Below, in pieces: positions 19,074 through 29,202 of a DNA stretch of 64,000 bases. Both the position numbers and the translations under genes were made by a program. Origin of the DNA: Candidatus Bathyarchaeota archaeon. GTDB taxonomy: Archaea; Thermoproteota; Bathyarchaeia; Bathyarchaeales; Bathycorpusculaceae. The DNA lies in NCBI GenBank assembly GCA_963833575.1, contig CAWHXY010000001.1:14130-78129 (forward strand), read 5' to 3'. A model generated the notes under the pieces. That model had not been told where the DNA came from, did not search any database, and was given only the letters and a program-made list of their open reading frames with translations. Position 1 is the first letter of the stretch. Each line of letters begins with the position of its first letter.

Positions 19074-20155
19074 TAACCAGCCAAGACATCGGCAAAATAG
19101 TTGAGAAATACGACCAGAAAAAAATAGCTATTGGAACATTAGGCTCCCACAGTTCCCTAAATATTTTCAAGGGCGCCAAAGAAGAAGGCTTCCGAACAGT
19201 ATGCATTTGCAAAGAAAAAGACGCCATTATGTACAAAAAATACCCGCTAGTTGACGAGTTAATAATAGTTAACGACTTCAGTGAACTCCTAAACGAGCCA
19301 ATGCAGGAAAAATTGCGCAAATTAGATGTTGTTTTGATTCCGCATGGCTCATTCACCGCTTACCTGAGTACTGAAGAGTTAACTGACAGGCTTTTGGTGC
19401 CGATGTTTGGAAACCGTCAGCTGCTCCTTTGGGAAGCAAATCGCAAATCCCAGGAAGACTGGCTAAGACAGGCAGGGCTGCGTTTACCCGCAACTTTCAA
19501 AACCCCCGAAGACATAGACCGCTTAGTTATCGCCAAACTACCAGGAGCCAAAGGCGGCAGAGGCTACTTTTTAGCCAACTCACCCAAAGCTTTCAACAAG
19601 AAGTTTGGCGAATTAGTCAAACGTGGCTTATTAAAAGAGGAGGACCTGCCTCAGATTCACTTGCAGGAGTACGCTTTGGGTGTGAATGTTTACCCAAGCT
19701 ACTTCAGTTCAATAATAAATGACGATGTAGAGTTGCTGGCTATGGATAGGCGCTACGAATCAGCCGTGGACTCCATCGGCAAAATCCCCGCAGCTGAACA
19801 ACTGCAAATAGAGGTTAACCCCACATATACGGTAGTTGGCAATTTTCCAATTGTACTCCGTGAATCCTTGTTGCCTGAAATGATGCGCATGGGTGACAGC
19901 GTACACAAGAAAGCCAAAGAATTGGCGCCTCCTGGAATCATTGGGCCTTTCTGCCTTGAAACCGTGATAACTGATGACTTGAAAATCTTTACCTTCGAGA
20001 TTTCCGCGCGTATTGTTGCTGGAACCAACGTTGGAATTGGCACTTCACCTTATGCTTACTTGAAGTATGGCGAAAACATGTACATGGGCAGAAGAATAGC
20101 TGTGGAAATCAAAGAGGCTGCAAAACAGAAAAGGCTACATGACATTTTAGCCTAA
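19070..20155 (+). CDS. purP: FAICAR synthetase (formate-AICAR ligase) PurP
   Basis: 'LGSHSSL', 'PHGSF', 'GAKGGRGYF', 'FEISARIVAGTN', 'GRRIA.EIK'. Confidence 0.9.
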   Translation: MITSQDIGKIVEKYDQKKIAIGTLGSHSSLNIFKGAKEEGFRTVCICKEKDAIMYKKYPLVDELIIVNDFSELLNEPMQEKLRKLDVVLIPHGSFTAYLSTEELTDRLLVPMFGNRQLLLWEANRKSQEDWLRQAGLRLPATFKTPEDIDRLVIAKLPGAKGGRGYFLANSPKAFNKKFGELVKRGLLKEEDLPQIHLQEYALGVNVYPSYFSSIINDDVELLAMDRRYESAVDSIGKIPAAEQLQIEVNPTYTVVGNFPIVLRESLLPEMMRMGDSVHKKAKELAPPGIIGPFCLETVITDDLKIFTFEISARIVAGTNVGIGTSPYAYLKYGENMYMGRRIAVEIKEAAKQKRLHDILA

Positions 20156-20161
20156 ACTGTG

Positions 20162-20929
20162 CTAAGCGAGACAGAACTCAAGTAAGCCCTCAAAGTTTTC
20201 TCGGGTTCTATTTTTCTTGTAAACCTTTAACACGTCAATCAAATCCAATCTATTCTTTTCTCCAAAAATTTCTGTCAAAATCTTTGCTGCTGAGCTGTTG
20301 CCTGCAAAAAGATACTGGCAAACCGCTGTAACATTAGCAACTCTTCGCCCTACGCTGGAGGTTTCAAAATCAACAATAAATACCCTATTTAATTTGTCCA
20401 CTAACAAATGTTTAGGCGCTTTGCTAAGTTCACCATGATCCAAACCTGAATGATCCAGCCTGAAACACTGCTCCAAAACCTCCGACAAAACTCGCTTCAC
20501 TTCCGCTTTTTCTTTGTTTGTTTTTAACCAATTGGGAAGCAAGTCCCCATCAATAAGCTGCATTAGGAGAAAGTTTTTGCTTGCCGTTGCAAGTTTCGGA
20601 GCCACACCAACAGCGTTTGCTCTGGCCAACATGGCTGCTTCATGAAGCAGGTCAGCTCGGTCTGCGTCTGAACGTCGAATTTTGACAGCCAATCTTTGTC
20701 CGTTAAGGTATCCAACGATTACGATGCCAACGAAACCCTTGCCCAAAACGGGAACTGCAACGCCAAATACGCTGGCTGAACCCGAAAACTCAAGAGCCGT
20801 GACGCCGAGGCTTCGGAGTTCCTGGAGACGGCTTTGCAGTTCGCCTTCGGTGGGGTTTGGAAAGCACAGGACAGATGAGTACGGTTCTTGCGTCAGTTGA
20901 TCAACTGGGATGATTAAAGGCTCTTTCAT
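20162..20929 (-). CDS. Atypical Ser/Thr protein kinase (RIO/Bud32-like archaeal family)
   Basis: 'LGKG..G.V', 'AVKIRR', 'DHGELS', 'IVDFE'. Confidence 0.8.
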   Translation of the reverse strand: MKEPLIIPVDQLTQEPYSSVLCFPNPTEGELQSRLQELRSLGVTALEFSGSASVFGVAVPVLGKGFVGIVIVGYLNGQRLAVKIRRSDADRADLLHEAAMLARANAVGVAPKLATASKNFLLMQLIDGDLLPNWLKTNKEKAEVKRVLSEVLEQCFRLDHSGLDHGELSKAPKHLLVDKLNRVFIVDFETSSVGRRVANVTAVCQYLFAGNSSAAKILTEIFGEKNRLDLIDVLKVYKKNRTRENFEGLLEFCLA

Positions 20930-21074
20930 TGACGGCTCGCTCTTGGGTTCTTGACTATATCCTCATCGGTCTATTAATCTAATATTGGAAACATCAAAAG
21001 AATCTGCTTTTACCCATCATTCCTATTTCTTTTGTGCGAATGCACTATAAGCAGCGAAACATGTACGCTTAGAA

Positions 21075-21272
21075 ATGGAACCTAATCAACAGAGAAGTCG
21101 AATCAAATCGGGCAGCCGAGTAAAAATCGTCTTGAAGCAGCACCAGCAAAGCGGCATCTTAACTGACGGTATTGTCAAAGAAATTCTTACTAACAGCTCA
21201 ACTCACCCCCACGGAATCAAGGTGCGACTCACTGACGGCAAAGTAGGTCGAGTGCAAACAATAATAAAATAA
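21075..21272 (+). CDS. YwbE (DUF2196) family small protein
   Basis: 'V.IVLK..Q.SG.LT.G.V..ILT.S..HPHGIKVRL.DG.VGRV'. Confidence 0.9.
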   Translation: MEPNQQRSRIKSGSRVKIVLKQHQQSGILTDGIVKEILTNSSTHPHGIKVRLTDGKVGRVQTIIK

Positions 21273-21290
21273 TCTATTTTTTGTGTAGCT

Positions 21291-21419
21291 TCAACTAATA
21301 TATTCTTTCTGTTTGTATTTAGTTTCTATTTCGTTGAGTGTTAAAGCTGCTTCAAATATGATTGCATCAATCGTATCAAATTCTTGTTTTACTGCAACTT
21401 TTATTTGACTCAAAGTCAA
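21291..21419 (-). CDS. Putative 42-aa small protein, not in the ORF track
   Basis: TTG...TGA, MTLSQIKVAVKQEFDTIDAIIFEAALTLNEIETKYKQKEYIS, preceded by GGGG; helical amphipathic pattern. Confidence 0.4.
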   Translation of the reverse strand: MTLSQIKVAVKQEFDTIDAIIFEAALTLNEIETKYKQKEYIS

Positions 21420-21636
21420 TTCCCCAAATAAGAAAACAATTTGCCTGCGGGGCTTATTAAAACATAACATGCTGGAATATCGCAGACTATATTGTTCTAC
21501 TCTAAGACTCTCAAAATTGTTAATATTTGTTTGTGGTTTACTCCATACAACAACAAATGAGTCAGCATCTGAGATTTTTCGGTTATAAATTTTAATAAGG
21601 TGACGGTATTATTGGAATTCTGTTTGTGTACTGACT

Positions 21637-23748
21637 ATGCCGAGATTCAAACAAATGGCGCAAATCCAAGAGCTTATGACTAGAAAGGAGGTTATCCGAA
21701 ACATCGGCATAATCGCTCATATTGACCATGGCAAAACCACGCTTGCGGATTCCCTATTGGCTGGGGTAGGTTTGCTTTCTACAGCAATGGCTGGTCAAGC
21801 GAGAGTGCTTGATTATCTTGAGGAAGAACAAAAACGAAAAATCACCATAAAAACAGCCAACATAACTTTGCTTTACAAAACTCCAAACAAATCATATATA
21901 ATTAATCTTGTCGACACTCCAGGACATGTGGATTTCACGGGCAAAGTAACCCGGGCCTTACGTGTTATTGACGGTGCCGTTGTAGTTGTGGATGCTGTCG
22001 AAGAGATTATGGCTCAAACCGAAATTGTTACGCGCCAAGCCCTTAATGAACGTGTAAGACCTGTCCTATTCATAAACAAAGTTGATCGACTCATCACTGA
22101 ATTACACCTAAACGAGGATCAAATCAAAAAGAAATTAGACCACATAATCAGCAGCTTCAACGACCTCATAGAACTTTATGGCCAAGAACCTTTCAAAAAC
22201 CAGTGGAAAATTGACAGTTCTTCGGGGAACGTTGCTTTTGGAGCGGCTCTCCATGGCTGGGGCTTTACGATGAATATGGCAAAGGAAAAAAGCTTAAAGT
22301 TTTCAGACATAATCTACGCTTATCAAAAAGGGGAAGGAACAAAACTTTCAAAAACACTACCTGTTTACGAAGCAATTTTTGAAATGATAATCAAGAAGGT
22401 TCCAAACCCAAGAGAAGCCCAATTATACAGAATAGAGGCGATTTGGGATGGACATGTTAACTCGCCGATTGGCAAGGCATTGACTGAATGCAACGATGAA
22501 GGACCAGGGGTTTTTTGCGTAACCAATGTTTTTCCTGATTCAAACGGAGGCACCGTTGCCACAGGAAGATTGTTTTCGGGAACAGTTCAGAAGGATGATA
22601 GATTCCATCTTGTAGATGCTTTAGCTGAAACAGTTGTTAACCAAGTCGATGTTGACATGGGTTCCCTCAAAGAAGAAGTGATATCTGCCTCCGCTGGTAA
22701 TCTCTTTTCTTTATCTTTGACTGGCGAAGTTAAAGCTGGCGAAACTCTCGTCGACATGGCGCATAAAGCTGAAATGGTTCCATTTGAAGGCATATGCTAC
22801 GTTTCCGAGCCTATTGTAACTTTGGCGATTGAACCAAAAAAACCCCAAGATATTCCCGTTTTGCTTGAAGGATTGGATAAGCTTGCAAGTGAAGATCCAA
22901 ACCTAAACGTTAAGCTGGATAAGGAAACGGGCGAGTACCTGCTTAGCGGTATGGGCGAATTGCATTTAGAAGTCGCTCTTAACCAGCTAAAAGCTTTGTG
23001 CGGAAATTTGCAGGTAGGTGTTTCGTCACCAAGAGTTGTATACATGGAAACTGTCGAGAATCAAGGTAATGTGGCTTTGGCAAAGAGTCCAAATAAGCAA
23101 AATAGTTTCTGGGTACAGATTTCTTCTGACGGAAAAGAAATGGCGGAATTAGCTAATATTCTTTCAGTTGATGAACATCGGAACGTGCTTTTAGATTGCA
23201 GCGGCAAGACAGAGCAGATTTCTGAGGAAGTTTTAGAAGCTATTATTGGCGGGTTCGAGTTTGCTTGTAAAGCTGGACCGTTGTGCGGTGAACCCGTGCG
23301 GCATTTGAAGGTTGACTTAGTTAATTTTCAGCTAGGCAAGAAATTTGATTCCACAGAGGTCATGCGTGGTGTAGGAAAAGCAGTTTTTGGTTCATTCTTA
23401 TCTGCTCAGCCAATCCTGATGGAACCTATTTATAAAATAATAATCACTGTCGCGTCCGAATTAACAGGTGAATCTTCAAGAATAATTACAAGCAGACGCG
23501 GTAAGGTGACTTTGTATGAGCAAAAAGGGCAGTTATCCGTTATCAGTGGTTACGTGCCTGTATCCGAAACCTTTGGCTTCTCAAAAGAGCTACGGTCTGC
23601 AACTTCCGGCAAAGCTTTTTGGCAATCATTTTTTGATCACTGGGAAAAGATGCCTCCAAAATTAAACTTGCAGGTAATAACTGATTTGCGTCAGCGCAAA
23701 GGTCTATCGATAGATGTGCCTAAACCAGAAATGTTCATGGAGCAATAG
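21637..23748 (+). CDS. Archaeal elongation factor 2 paralog (aEF-2p-like) lacking the diphthamide His loop
   Basis: G1 'AHIDHGKTT', G3 'DTPGH', G4 'NKVD', 'GMGELHL', 'GPL..EP', 'LRSATSG'. No HRG motif; G2 reads RKITI. Confidence 0.85.
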   Translation: MPRFKQMAQIQELMTRKEVIRNIGIIAHIDHGKTTLADSLLAGVGLLSTAMAGQARVLDYLEEEQKRKITIKTANITLLYKTPNKSYIINLVDTPGHVDFTGKVTRALRVIDGAVVVVDAVEEIMAQTEIVTRQALNERVRPVLFINKVDRLITELHLNEDQIKKKLDHIISSFNDLIELYGQEPFKNQWKIDSSSGNVAFGAALHGWGFTMNMAKEKSLKFSDIIYAYQKGEGTKLSKTLPVYEAIFEMIIKKVPNPREAQLYRIEAIWDGHVNSPIGKALTECNDEGPGVFCVTNVFPDSNGGTVATGRLFSGTVQKDDRFHLVDALAETVVNQVDVDMGSLKEEVISASAGNLFSLSLTGEVKAGETLVDMAHKAEMVPFEGICYVSEPIVTLAIEPKKPQDIPVLLEGLDKLASEDPNLNVKLDKETGEYLLSGMGELHLEVALNQLKALCGNLQVGVSSPRVVYMETVENQGNVALAKSPNKQNSFWVQISSDGKEMAELANILSVDEHRNVLLDCSGKTEQISEEVLEAIIGGFEFACKAGPLCGEPVRHLKVDLVNFQLGKKFDSTEVMRGVGKAVFGSFLSAQPILMEPIYKIIITVASELTGESSRIITSRRGKVTLYEQKGQLSVISGYVPVSETFGFSKELRSATSGKAFWQSFFDHWEKMPPKLNLQVITDLRQRKGLSIDVPKPEMFMEQ

Positions 23749-23749
23749 C

Positions 23750-24610
23750 ATGCGTCTGGGCGTCCCGTTTGATTTGGATTTTTCGCTTTGCTGTGGACAA
23801 GTTTTTAGATGGAAGAAGATCGGCGGTTGGTGGTATGGTGTTGTGGGCGATAAGATGTTTAAGATTCGTCAATGTAGCGTTGAGCTAGAGTTTGTTGGCG
23901 TCGACGAAAATTTTGTTAGGCATTATTTTGGTTTAGATGATGATTTAGAGCAAATCAAACGCTGCATCAGCAAAGACGATTACATTAAACAAGCTTTGTG
24001 TCGATTCGAGGGTTTGCGAATTGTTCGCCAGATTCCTTGGGAGTGCCTCATCAGCTTTATCTGTGCAACATACAAGAGTATTGCAGCTATAGAGTTGATG
24101 CTTCACAAGCTTTCAGCGAAGTTTGGTGAGAAACGAGTTTTTGATGGTTTGGAGTTTAACACTTTCCCTCCTACCCAGAAGCTGGCAAGTGCAAGTGAGA
24201 GTGAGCTGCAGGAATGCGGTTTAGGCTATAGAGCTAAGTATGTTCAGGCAACCGCAAAAAAAATCCTCGAAGAAAATATTGATCTCGAAAACCTGAAAAA
24301 CTTACCTTATCTTGAAGCAAGAAAAGCGCTTATTGAGTTTCCAGGAGTCGGTTTGAAGGTAGCCGATTGTGTACTGATTTTTTCTCTTGAAAAAATGGAA
24401 GCTTTTCCAGTTGATGTTTGGGTAAAACGAATAGTCCTGAACCATTATGCGAACCAGCTTCCAGAACCATTCGTGAAAAAACTGTCCAGTCATAATTCCC
24501 TCACAAACGGAGAATATGAAAAAGTTAATGCTTTTGGTCGGAGCTACTTTGGACATTTTGCTGGTTATGCTCAAGAATACCTATTTCACTGGGAAAGAAC
24601 ACAGCGTTGA
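23750..24610 (+). CDS. ogg1: 8-oxoguanine DNA glycosylase, OGG1 type
   Basis: 'CGQVFRW', 'GLGYRA', HhH 'PGVGLKVADC', 'FPVDVW', 'AGYAQEYLF'. Confidence 0.88.
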   Translation: MRLGVPFDLDFSLCCGQVFRWKKIGGWWYGVVGDKMFKIRQCSVELEFVGVDENFVRHYFGLDDDLEQIKRCISKDDYIKQALCRFEGLRIVRQIPWECLISFICATYKSIAAIELMLHKLSAKFGEKRVFDGLEFNTFPPTQKLASASESELQECGLGYRAKYVQATAKKILEENIDLENLKNLPYLEARKALIEFPGVGLKVADCVLIFSLEKMEAFPVDVWVKRIVLNHYANQLPEPFVKKLSSHNSLTNGEYEKVNAFGRSYFGHFAGYAQEYLFHWERTQR

Positions 24611-24644
24611 TGCTTTGGCTTGTTTAGTGGATATGCGGAAAATG

Positions 24645-24650
24645 TTTAAA
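24645..24650 (+). promoter_or_regulatory. TATA box of the tRNA gene
   Basis: gaaaatg-TTTAAA ~40 nt before the mature tRNA 5' end. Confidence 0.5.
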
Positions 24651-24686
24651 TCTGCTATGAAATAGCAATATTAGGAACAGTGCAAA

Positions 24687-24765
<79 letters not shown>

Positions 24766-24789
24766 CTCAACTTTAAAGAGCTAACGCGA

Positions 24790-25338
24790 ATGGGAGCCGC
24801 TTACTCGCAAAAAAACTACGCTTGCATGATGGTTGAATCTGTCAAACGTCATTTGTTGTCCATTGGTTTTTGGCTGGTTTTTTTCGGGGTGGCTGATTTA
24901 TGGTTTGTTATGCCAAACCTGTATGCTGGGTTGGTGGGAGATTGGCCGAATGTCGATTGGCGGTTTTTCTACTTTTACATACCGCAATGGAGATTCACTG
25001 TTCCAGCTCTTCTACTAATGACTTTAGTTGGAACCTTACTGATGGGTATATACTGCATAAAGGGCATTCAACCTCAAGTAACTGACAATAAACAAAATGC
25101 AGCAATACTGGTTACCGCTCTTGGCTTTACCTATCAAGTGGTTGGGGCATGGCCGCTGTGGAATCAAGTGTATGCTTGGCCATGGCAGGCAGAAATCGCT
25201 AGGTACGGAAACTGGCTCGTTTTTCCACTTTTCATCGGAAGCCTTATTGCATTGGTAATCGGAGCTGCGTCACTGTATAAACACAGCAAGATTTACCACC
25301 TAAGAACTATGAAATCTGAGAACTTGATAGAAAAATAA
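24790..25338 (+). CDS. Hypothetical Trp-rich membrane protein (~4 TM)
   Basis: Four hydrophobic segments; the true start may be the downstream ATGATG. Confidence 0.65.
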   Translation: MGAAYSQKNYACMMVESVKRHLLSIGFWLVFFGVADLWFVMPNLYAGLVGDWPNVDWRFFYFYIPQWRFTVPALLLMTLVGTLLMGIYCIKGIQPQVTDNKQNAAILVTALGFTYQVVGAWPLWNQVYAWPWQAEIARYGNWLVFPLFIGSLIALVIGAASLYKHSKIYHLRTMKSENLIEK

Positions 25339-25421
25339 CATTTTCCAAAAAAATGGTAAAATGGTTCTTAAACAAACTTGCAGAGTTCGTTTTCAGAAAA
25401 TTTAAGTAGTGGGAATTTTGG

Positions 25422-25994
25422 CTATTTCACTATTTCTTCGATTATATCGGTAACCATCATTACTTTTGCGCTGTAGACATTTTCTAAGTATTTGAGTCCT
25501 TGCTCTTGGTCTTCTTGCGTGAATGCTTCTACTCCATCTTTGGCGATTATTATGTGATAGCCTCGGAAGAAAGCGTCAGCAGCGGTATGGCGAACGCACA
25601 TGTGAGTATGTAAGCCTCCGAGAACCACTGTTTTTACACCTTGCCCCTTATAGAGGCTTCGCAGGAGTGAATCTAAGCCTGTCTCGAAAAAGCCGCTGTA
25701 TGTTCGCTTCTCCACAATGTAATCTTTGCTTTCTTCAGGTTTAAGTTCTGGGATAACATCTGCTCCTTTTGTGCCTTTTATGGCATGGTTACCCCATTTA
25801 CGTGTAACTTCAAGGTCTTGTGGATAATGAGCGTCGTTACTGTATATGACAGGTACATCATTTTTCCGTGCCTCCACGACTAATCTCTGAAGAGGCAGAA
25901 TAACGGTCTTGACTCGTTTTGCTTCTAAGGCTCCAGTAACAAAATCATTCAAAATATCAACGAGTATTACGGCTGGGTTATCCAAAGAATTCAC
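25422..25994 (-). CDS. Isochorismatase/nicotinamidase-family cysteine hydrolase
   Basis: 'VD..NDF', 'EKR.YSGF..T.L', 'T.MCV.HT..DA'. Confidence 0.9.
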   Translation of the reverse strand: MNSLDNPAVILVDILNDFVTGALEAKRVKTVILPLQRLVVEARKNDVPVIYSNDAHYPQDLEVTRKWGNHAIKGTKGADVIPELKPEESKDYIVEKRTYSGFFETGLDSLLRSLYKGQGVKTVVLGGLHTHMCVRHTAADAFFRGYHIIIAKDGVEAFTQEDQEQGLKYLENVYSAKVMMVTDIIEEIVK

Positions 25995-26036
25995 TTCTAT
26001 TAAACAAAATCTGTGAAGTGGCTATTTAGTTTTACT

Positions 26037-27110
26037 TTAACGAACCGTATCAAGCGAATAATACTCTGTGGTTAACCTCTCAGCACCATTAGAAGTGACT
26101 AAGACGGTGTCTTCGATTCTCACTCCGCCGCACCCTGGCAGATAAATTCCAGGCTCATCCGTCACCACGTTGCCAGCGGCTAAGGTATCTTTGCTGTCTG
26201 GACTCAAGATAGGTGCTTCATGAATCTCTAAGCCAACGCCATGCCCAAGATTATGTACGAAAAACTCGCCAAACCCAGCCATCTCAATAACCCGTCTAGC
26301 CGCTGCATCAACTTGAGCCGCTGGAATGTTTGGACTCATGGCTTTGAAAGCTTTTTGTTGTGCTGCTTTAACCGTTTCATATATTTTCATTTGTTTCTCT
26401 GTTGACTTGCCAGCCGTAAAAGTTCGGGTCATATCTGACCGGTAAGATCGATAAGTCGCCCCCAAATCCACGACCACCAAGTCGCCCGGATGAATTGTTC
26501 TATTAGTGCAGGATCCATGCGGAAAAGCTGAGCTAATGCCTGAAGCGATTATAGTGTCAAAACTTGTTCCGTCAGCGCCTTTTTTACGCATAGCGTATTC
26601 AACTTCAGCCGCGACACGTCGCTCTGTCACACCTGGCTTGACGGTTTCAAAGGCCACTTGCATACCTATCTCTGCCAAATTGCAAGCCTCACGAATAAGC
26701 TTGACTTCATCTTGATCTTTAACGCTCCTTAACTTGCGGATTAGATTGGCACCTAACTCTAATTTTTCTTCGCCACCGACTGCTTTAGCCAGGGCACGCC
26801 ACGATTCAATTGACAATGAGTCTACAGCCAGTTTGGATGGTATATCGGAGGCCATTTGTTTAGTCATTTTCTCCATTAAATTTTCGCTGCGGTTAAGAAG
26901 CTTGACAGTTAAGCCGCTGATTTCAGCTTTTGCCTGTTCATAATTGACTCCTGAAACGTATAGGGTGCTTTCGCCTTGTTTCGGAATCAGCAGAGCAGTT
27001 GCTCCTGAAAAGCTTGTGAAGTATGTCAAGTTTATGTTATTAAAAATCAAGAAAAAATCCATTTTGTCTTGATTAAGCATTTTTTGCTGGAGGTCACTTA
27101 TTTTATTCAA
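26037..27110 (-). CDS. Xaa-Pro aminopeptidase/prolidase (M24B)
   Basis: 'PHG', 'DLGA...Y.SD.TRT', 'H.LGHGVGLEIHE.P', 'T.EPGIY', 'GVRIED'. Confidence 0.92.
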   Translation of the reverse strand: MNKISDLQQKMLNQDKMDFFLIFNNINLTYFTSFSGATALLIPKQGESTLYVSGVNYEQAKAEISGLTVKLLNRSENLMEKMTKQMASDIPSKLAVDSLSIESWRALAKAVGGEEKLELGANLIRKLRSVKDQDEVKLIREACNLAEIGMQVAFETVKPGVTERRVAAEVEYAMRKKGADGTSFDTIIASGISSAFPHGSCTNRTIHPGDLVVVDLGATYRSYRSDMTRTFTAGKSTEKQMKIYETVKAAQQKAFKAMSPNIPAAQVDAAARRVIEMAGFGEFFVHNLGHGVGLEIHEAPILSPDSKDTLAAGNVVTDEPGIYLPGCGGVRIEDTVLVTSNGAERLTTEYYSLDTVR

Positions 27111-27287
27111 GGTTTTTCGCCTTTTAGGAAAAAGAATGTTTTGGGCGGTTTAAGTTTTCGCTTCCGATTTTGCGTTATGCAGCTCAAGACAAGTCGTTTT
27201 TAGTCAAGAATTCTTAAATGAAATAGCCATTAACTTAATATAAGGTTCAGATGACTTCCATAAATAAGACTTTGAGGGGAAAAAAGC

Positions 27288-29201
27288 ATGTTTGCTTATG
27301 CAGGAAAAATTTTACATGTTAACCTCACTACGGGAGAAACAAAAACTGAGCCATTATCAGAACAAATGGCTAAAGATTACATCGGCGGTATAGGTTTAGG
27401 CATTCGCCTATTGTTTGACAACTCAAAACCAGGGACAGACGCCTACGACCCTGAAAACCCGATAATTTACTTAACTGGTCCACTCAGCGGCACCATGGGA
27501 CCAACAGGCGGCAACAGCTACGCTGTTGTTTCCAAATCACCAGCAACCGGCGGCATAGGCAATGCTGAAGCCCACGGCTTCTTTGGTCCAGATCTGAAAC
27601 GTGCAGGCTACGACGCAGTCATAATCACAGGTAAAGCTCCCAAACTATCCTACCTTTGGCTTGACGACGACAAAGTCGAAATTCGAGATGCCGCATATCT
27701 CAAAAACGCAACCGTTAAAGAAACCGATGACAAAATTCGAGATGAACTCGGAGATTTCTACATTCGTGTTTCAGCAATTGGTGAAGCTGGCGAGAAACTT
27801 TGTAGGTTTGCCGCCATCATAAATGACGAGTTCCGCGCTATCGGAAGGAGCGGCATGGGCGGAGTCATGGGCAGCAAAAACCTAAAAGCAGTTGCCGTCC
27901 GTGGAACACATGACGTTAACGTAGCTAACCTGGAAGGATTCAAAGAATTTATCAAAATGATTCATGAACGCATGAAGGGTCCATCAACCAAAAAATACAA
28001 AACCTTGGGCACTCCGGAAAACGTTTTGGTCCTTAATTCACTTTCAGCTTTGGCAACAAGAAACTGGACGAACGCAACTTTTGAAGGGGCAGACAAAGTC
28101 AGCGGAGAATACTTCAACGAGCATTATGTAAAGAAGATCGTCGGCTGCGCCACTTGCGGTATGCGTTGTGACCACATTGGTGTTGTTCCTGAAGGTCCAT
28201 ACAAAGGTTCAACCTCAAGGCTTGAGTTCGAGTGCCTTTGGAGTATGGGACCACTGTGTGGCGTTGACCGGCTTGATGCAATTATCGAAGCCATGCGAAT
28301 AGTTAACGAGTACGGCATGGACGGCATATCCATAGGTGTTGTTGTTGCATTCGCAATGGATATTTATGAGCATGGTATAATTACGAAGGAACAAACAGAC
28401 GGAATAGATCTCAAATTCGGAAATGCCGAAGCACTTATAGCCATGATTCACAAAATCGGAAAACGCGAAGGCTGGTTGGGAAACATCCTTGCGGAAGGTG
28501 TTGCAAAAGCGGCTGAATTAATCGGCGGAGACGCTTACAAGTACGCTTGCCACATTAAAGGCTTGGAACTTCCAGGCTACGACTTACGCACACTAAAGAC
28601 TGCTGCTCTTGGCTTTAGTGTTTCATTCAGAGGCGCTTGCCACTTACGCAATGGTGCTTATTCACCTGATGTTAAAGGCAAAGTTAATCGGTTCAAAATT
28701 GAGAAGGGCAGAGGCAAAATGATTACTGAAGAAAGCTACATGTACAATATTATTGACTCGCTTATCGTATGCAAATTCAGTAGAGGCACATATTATGACG
28801 GCTGGAAAGATTTGACTAACTATTACACTCTTGCAACTGGCATCCCAATCACCCCAGAAGAAATGATTAAAGACGGCGACAGAATCGAAAACCTCGCAAG
28901 ACTTTTCAACATCAGAGAAGGCAAAGGCACACGCAAATACGACGATGTTCCCTACAAAATAAAGAATTTCCCAGTTCCCGATGAAGGACCAGCCAAAGGT
29001 GTCTGCGTAAACGACGAAGAAATGGCTGTAGGTTTAGATGACTATTACGCTTCAAGAGGCTGGACAGTGGATGGAATACCAACCGTTGAACGTTTGCAAC
29101 AGCTAGGCCTTGGCGACTTAGCATACATAGCCCAAGATGCAATTAAGGCGGCTCAATCAGCAAAGCCTCAAGCGGTAGCCGCAACTGTGGGAGGTAACTA
29201 G
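27288..29201 (+). CDS. aor: Tungsten-dependent aldehyde:ferredoxin oxidoreductase family protein
   Basis: 'KSP.TG', 'GR.GMG.VMGSKNLKA', 'C..C...C', 'DGIS.G', 'RGACH', 'DSL..C.F', 'YY..RGW...GIPT'. Confidence 0.9.
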   Translation: MFAYAGKILHVNLTTGETKTEPLSEQMAKDYIGGIGLGIRLLFDNSKPGTDAYDPENPIIYLTGPLSGTMGPTGGNSYAVVSKSPATGGIGNAEAHGFFGPDLKRAGYDAVIITGKAPKLSYLWLDDDKVEIRDAAYLKNATVKETDDKIRDELGDFYIRVSAIGEAGEKLCRFAAIINDEFRAIGRSGMGGVMGSKNLKAVAVRGTHDVNVANLEGFKEFIKMIHERMKGPSTKKYKTLGTPENVLVLNSLSALATRNWTNATFEGADKVSGEYFNEHYVKKIVGCATCGMRCDHIGVVPEGPYKGSTSRLEFECLWSMGPLCGVDRLDAIIEAMRIVNEYGMDGISIGVVVAFAMDIYEHGIITKEQTDGIDLKFGNAEALIAMIHKIGKREGWLGNILAEGVAKAAELIGGDAYKYACHIKGLELPGYDLRTLKTAALGFSVSFRGACHLRNGAYSPDVKGKVNRFKIEKGRGKMITEESYMYNIIDSLIVCKFSRGTYYDGWKDLTNYYTLATGIPITPEEMIKDGDRIENLARLFNIREGKGTRKYDDVPYKIKNFPVPDEGPAKGVCVNDEEMAVGLDDYYASRGWTVDGIPTVERLQQLGLGDLAYIAQDAIKAAQSAKPQAVAATVGGN

Positions 29202-29202
29202 T

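Noticed and set aside
24766-25338. Integrated element at the tRNA 3' end
   Set aside because: No integrase and no duplicated tRNA 3' end seen elsewhere in the window.
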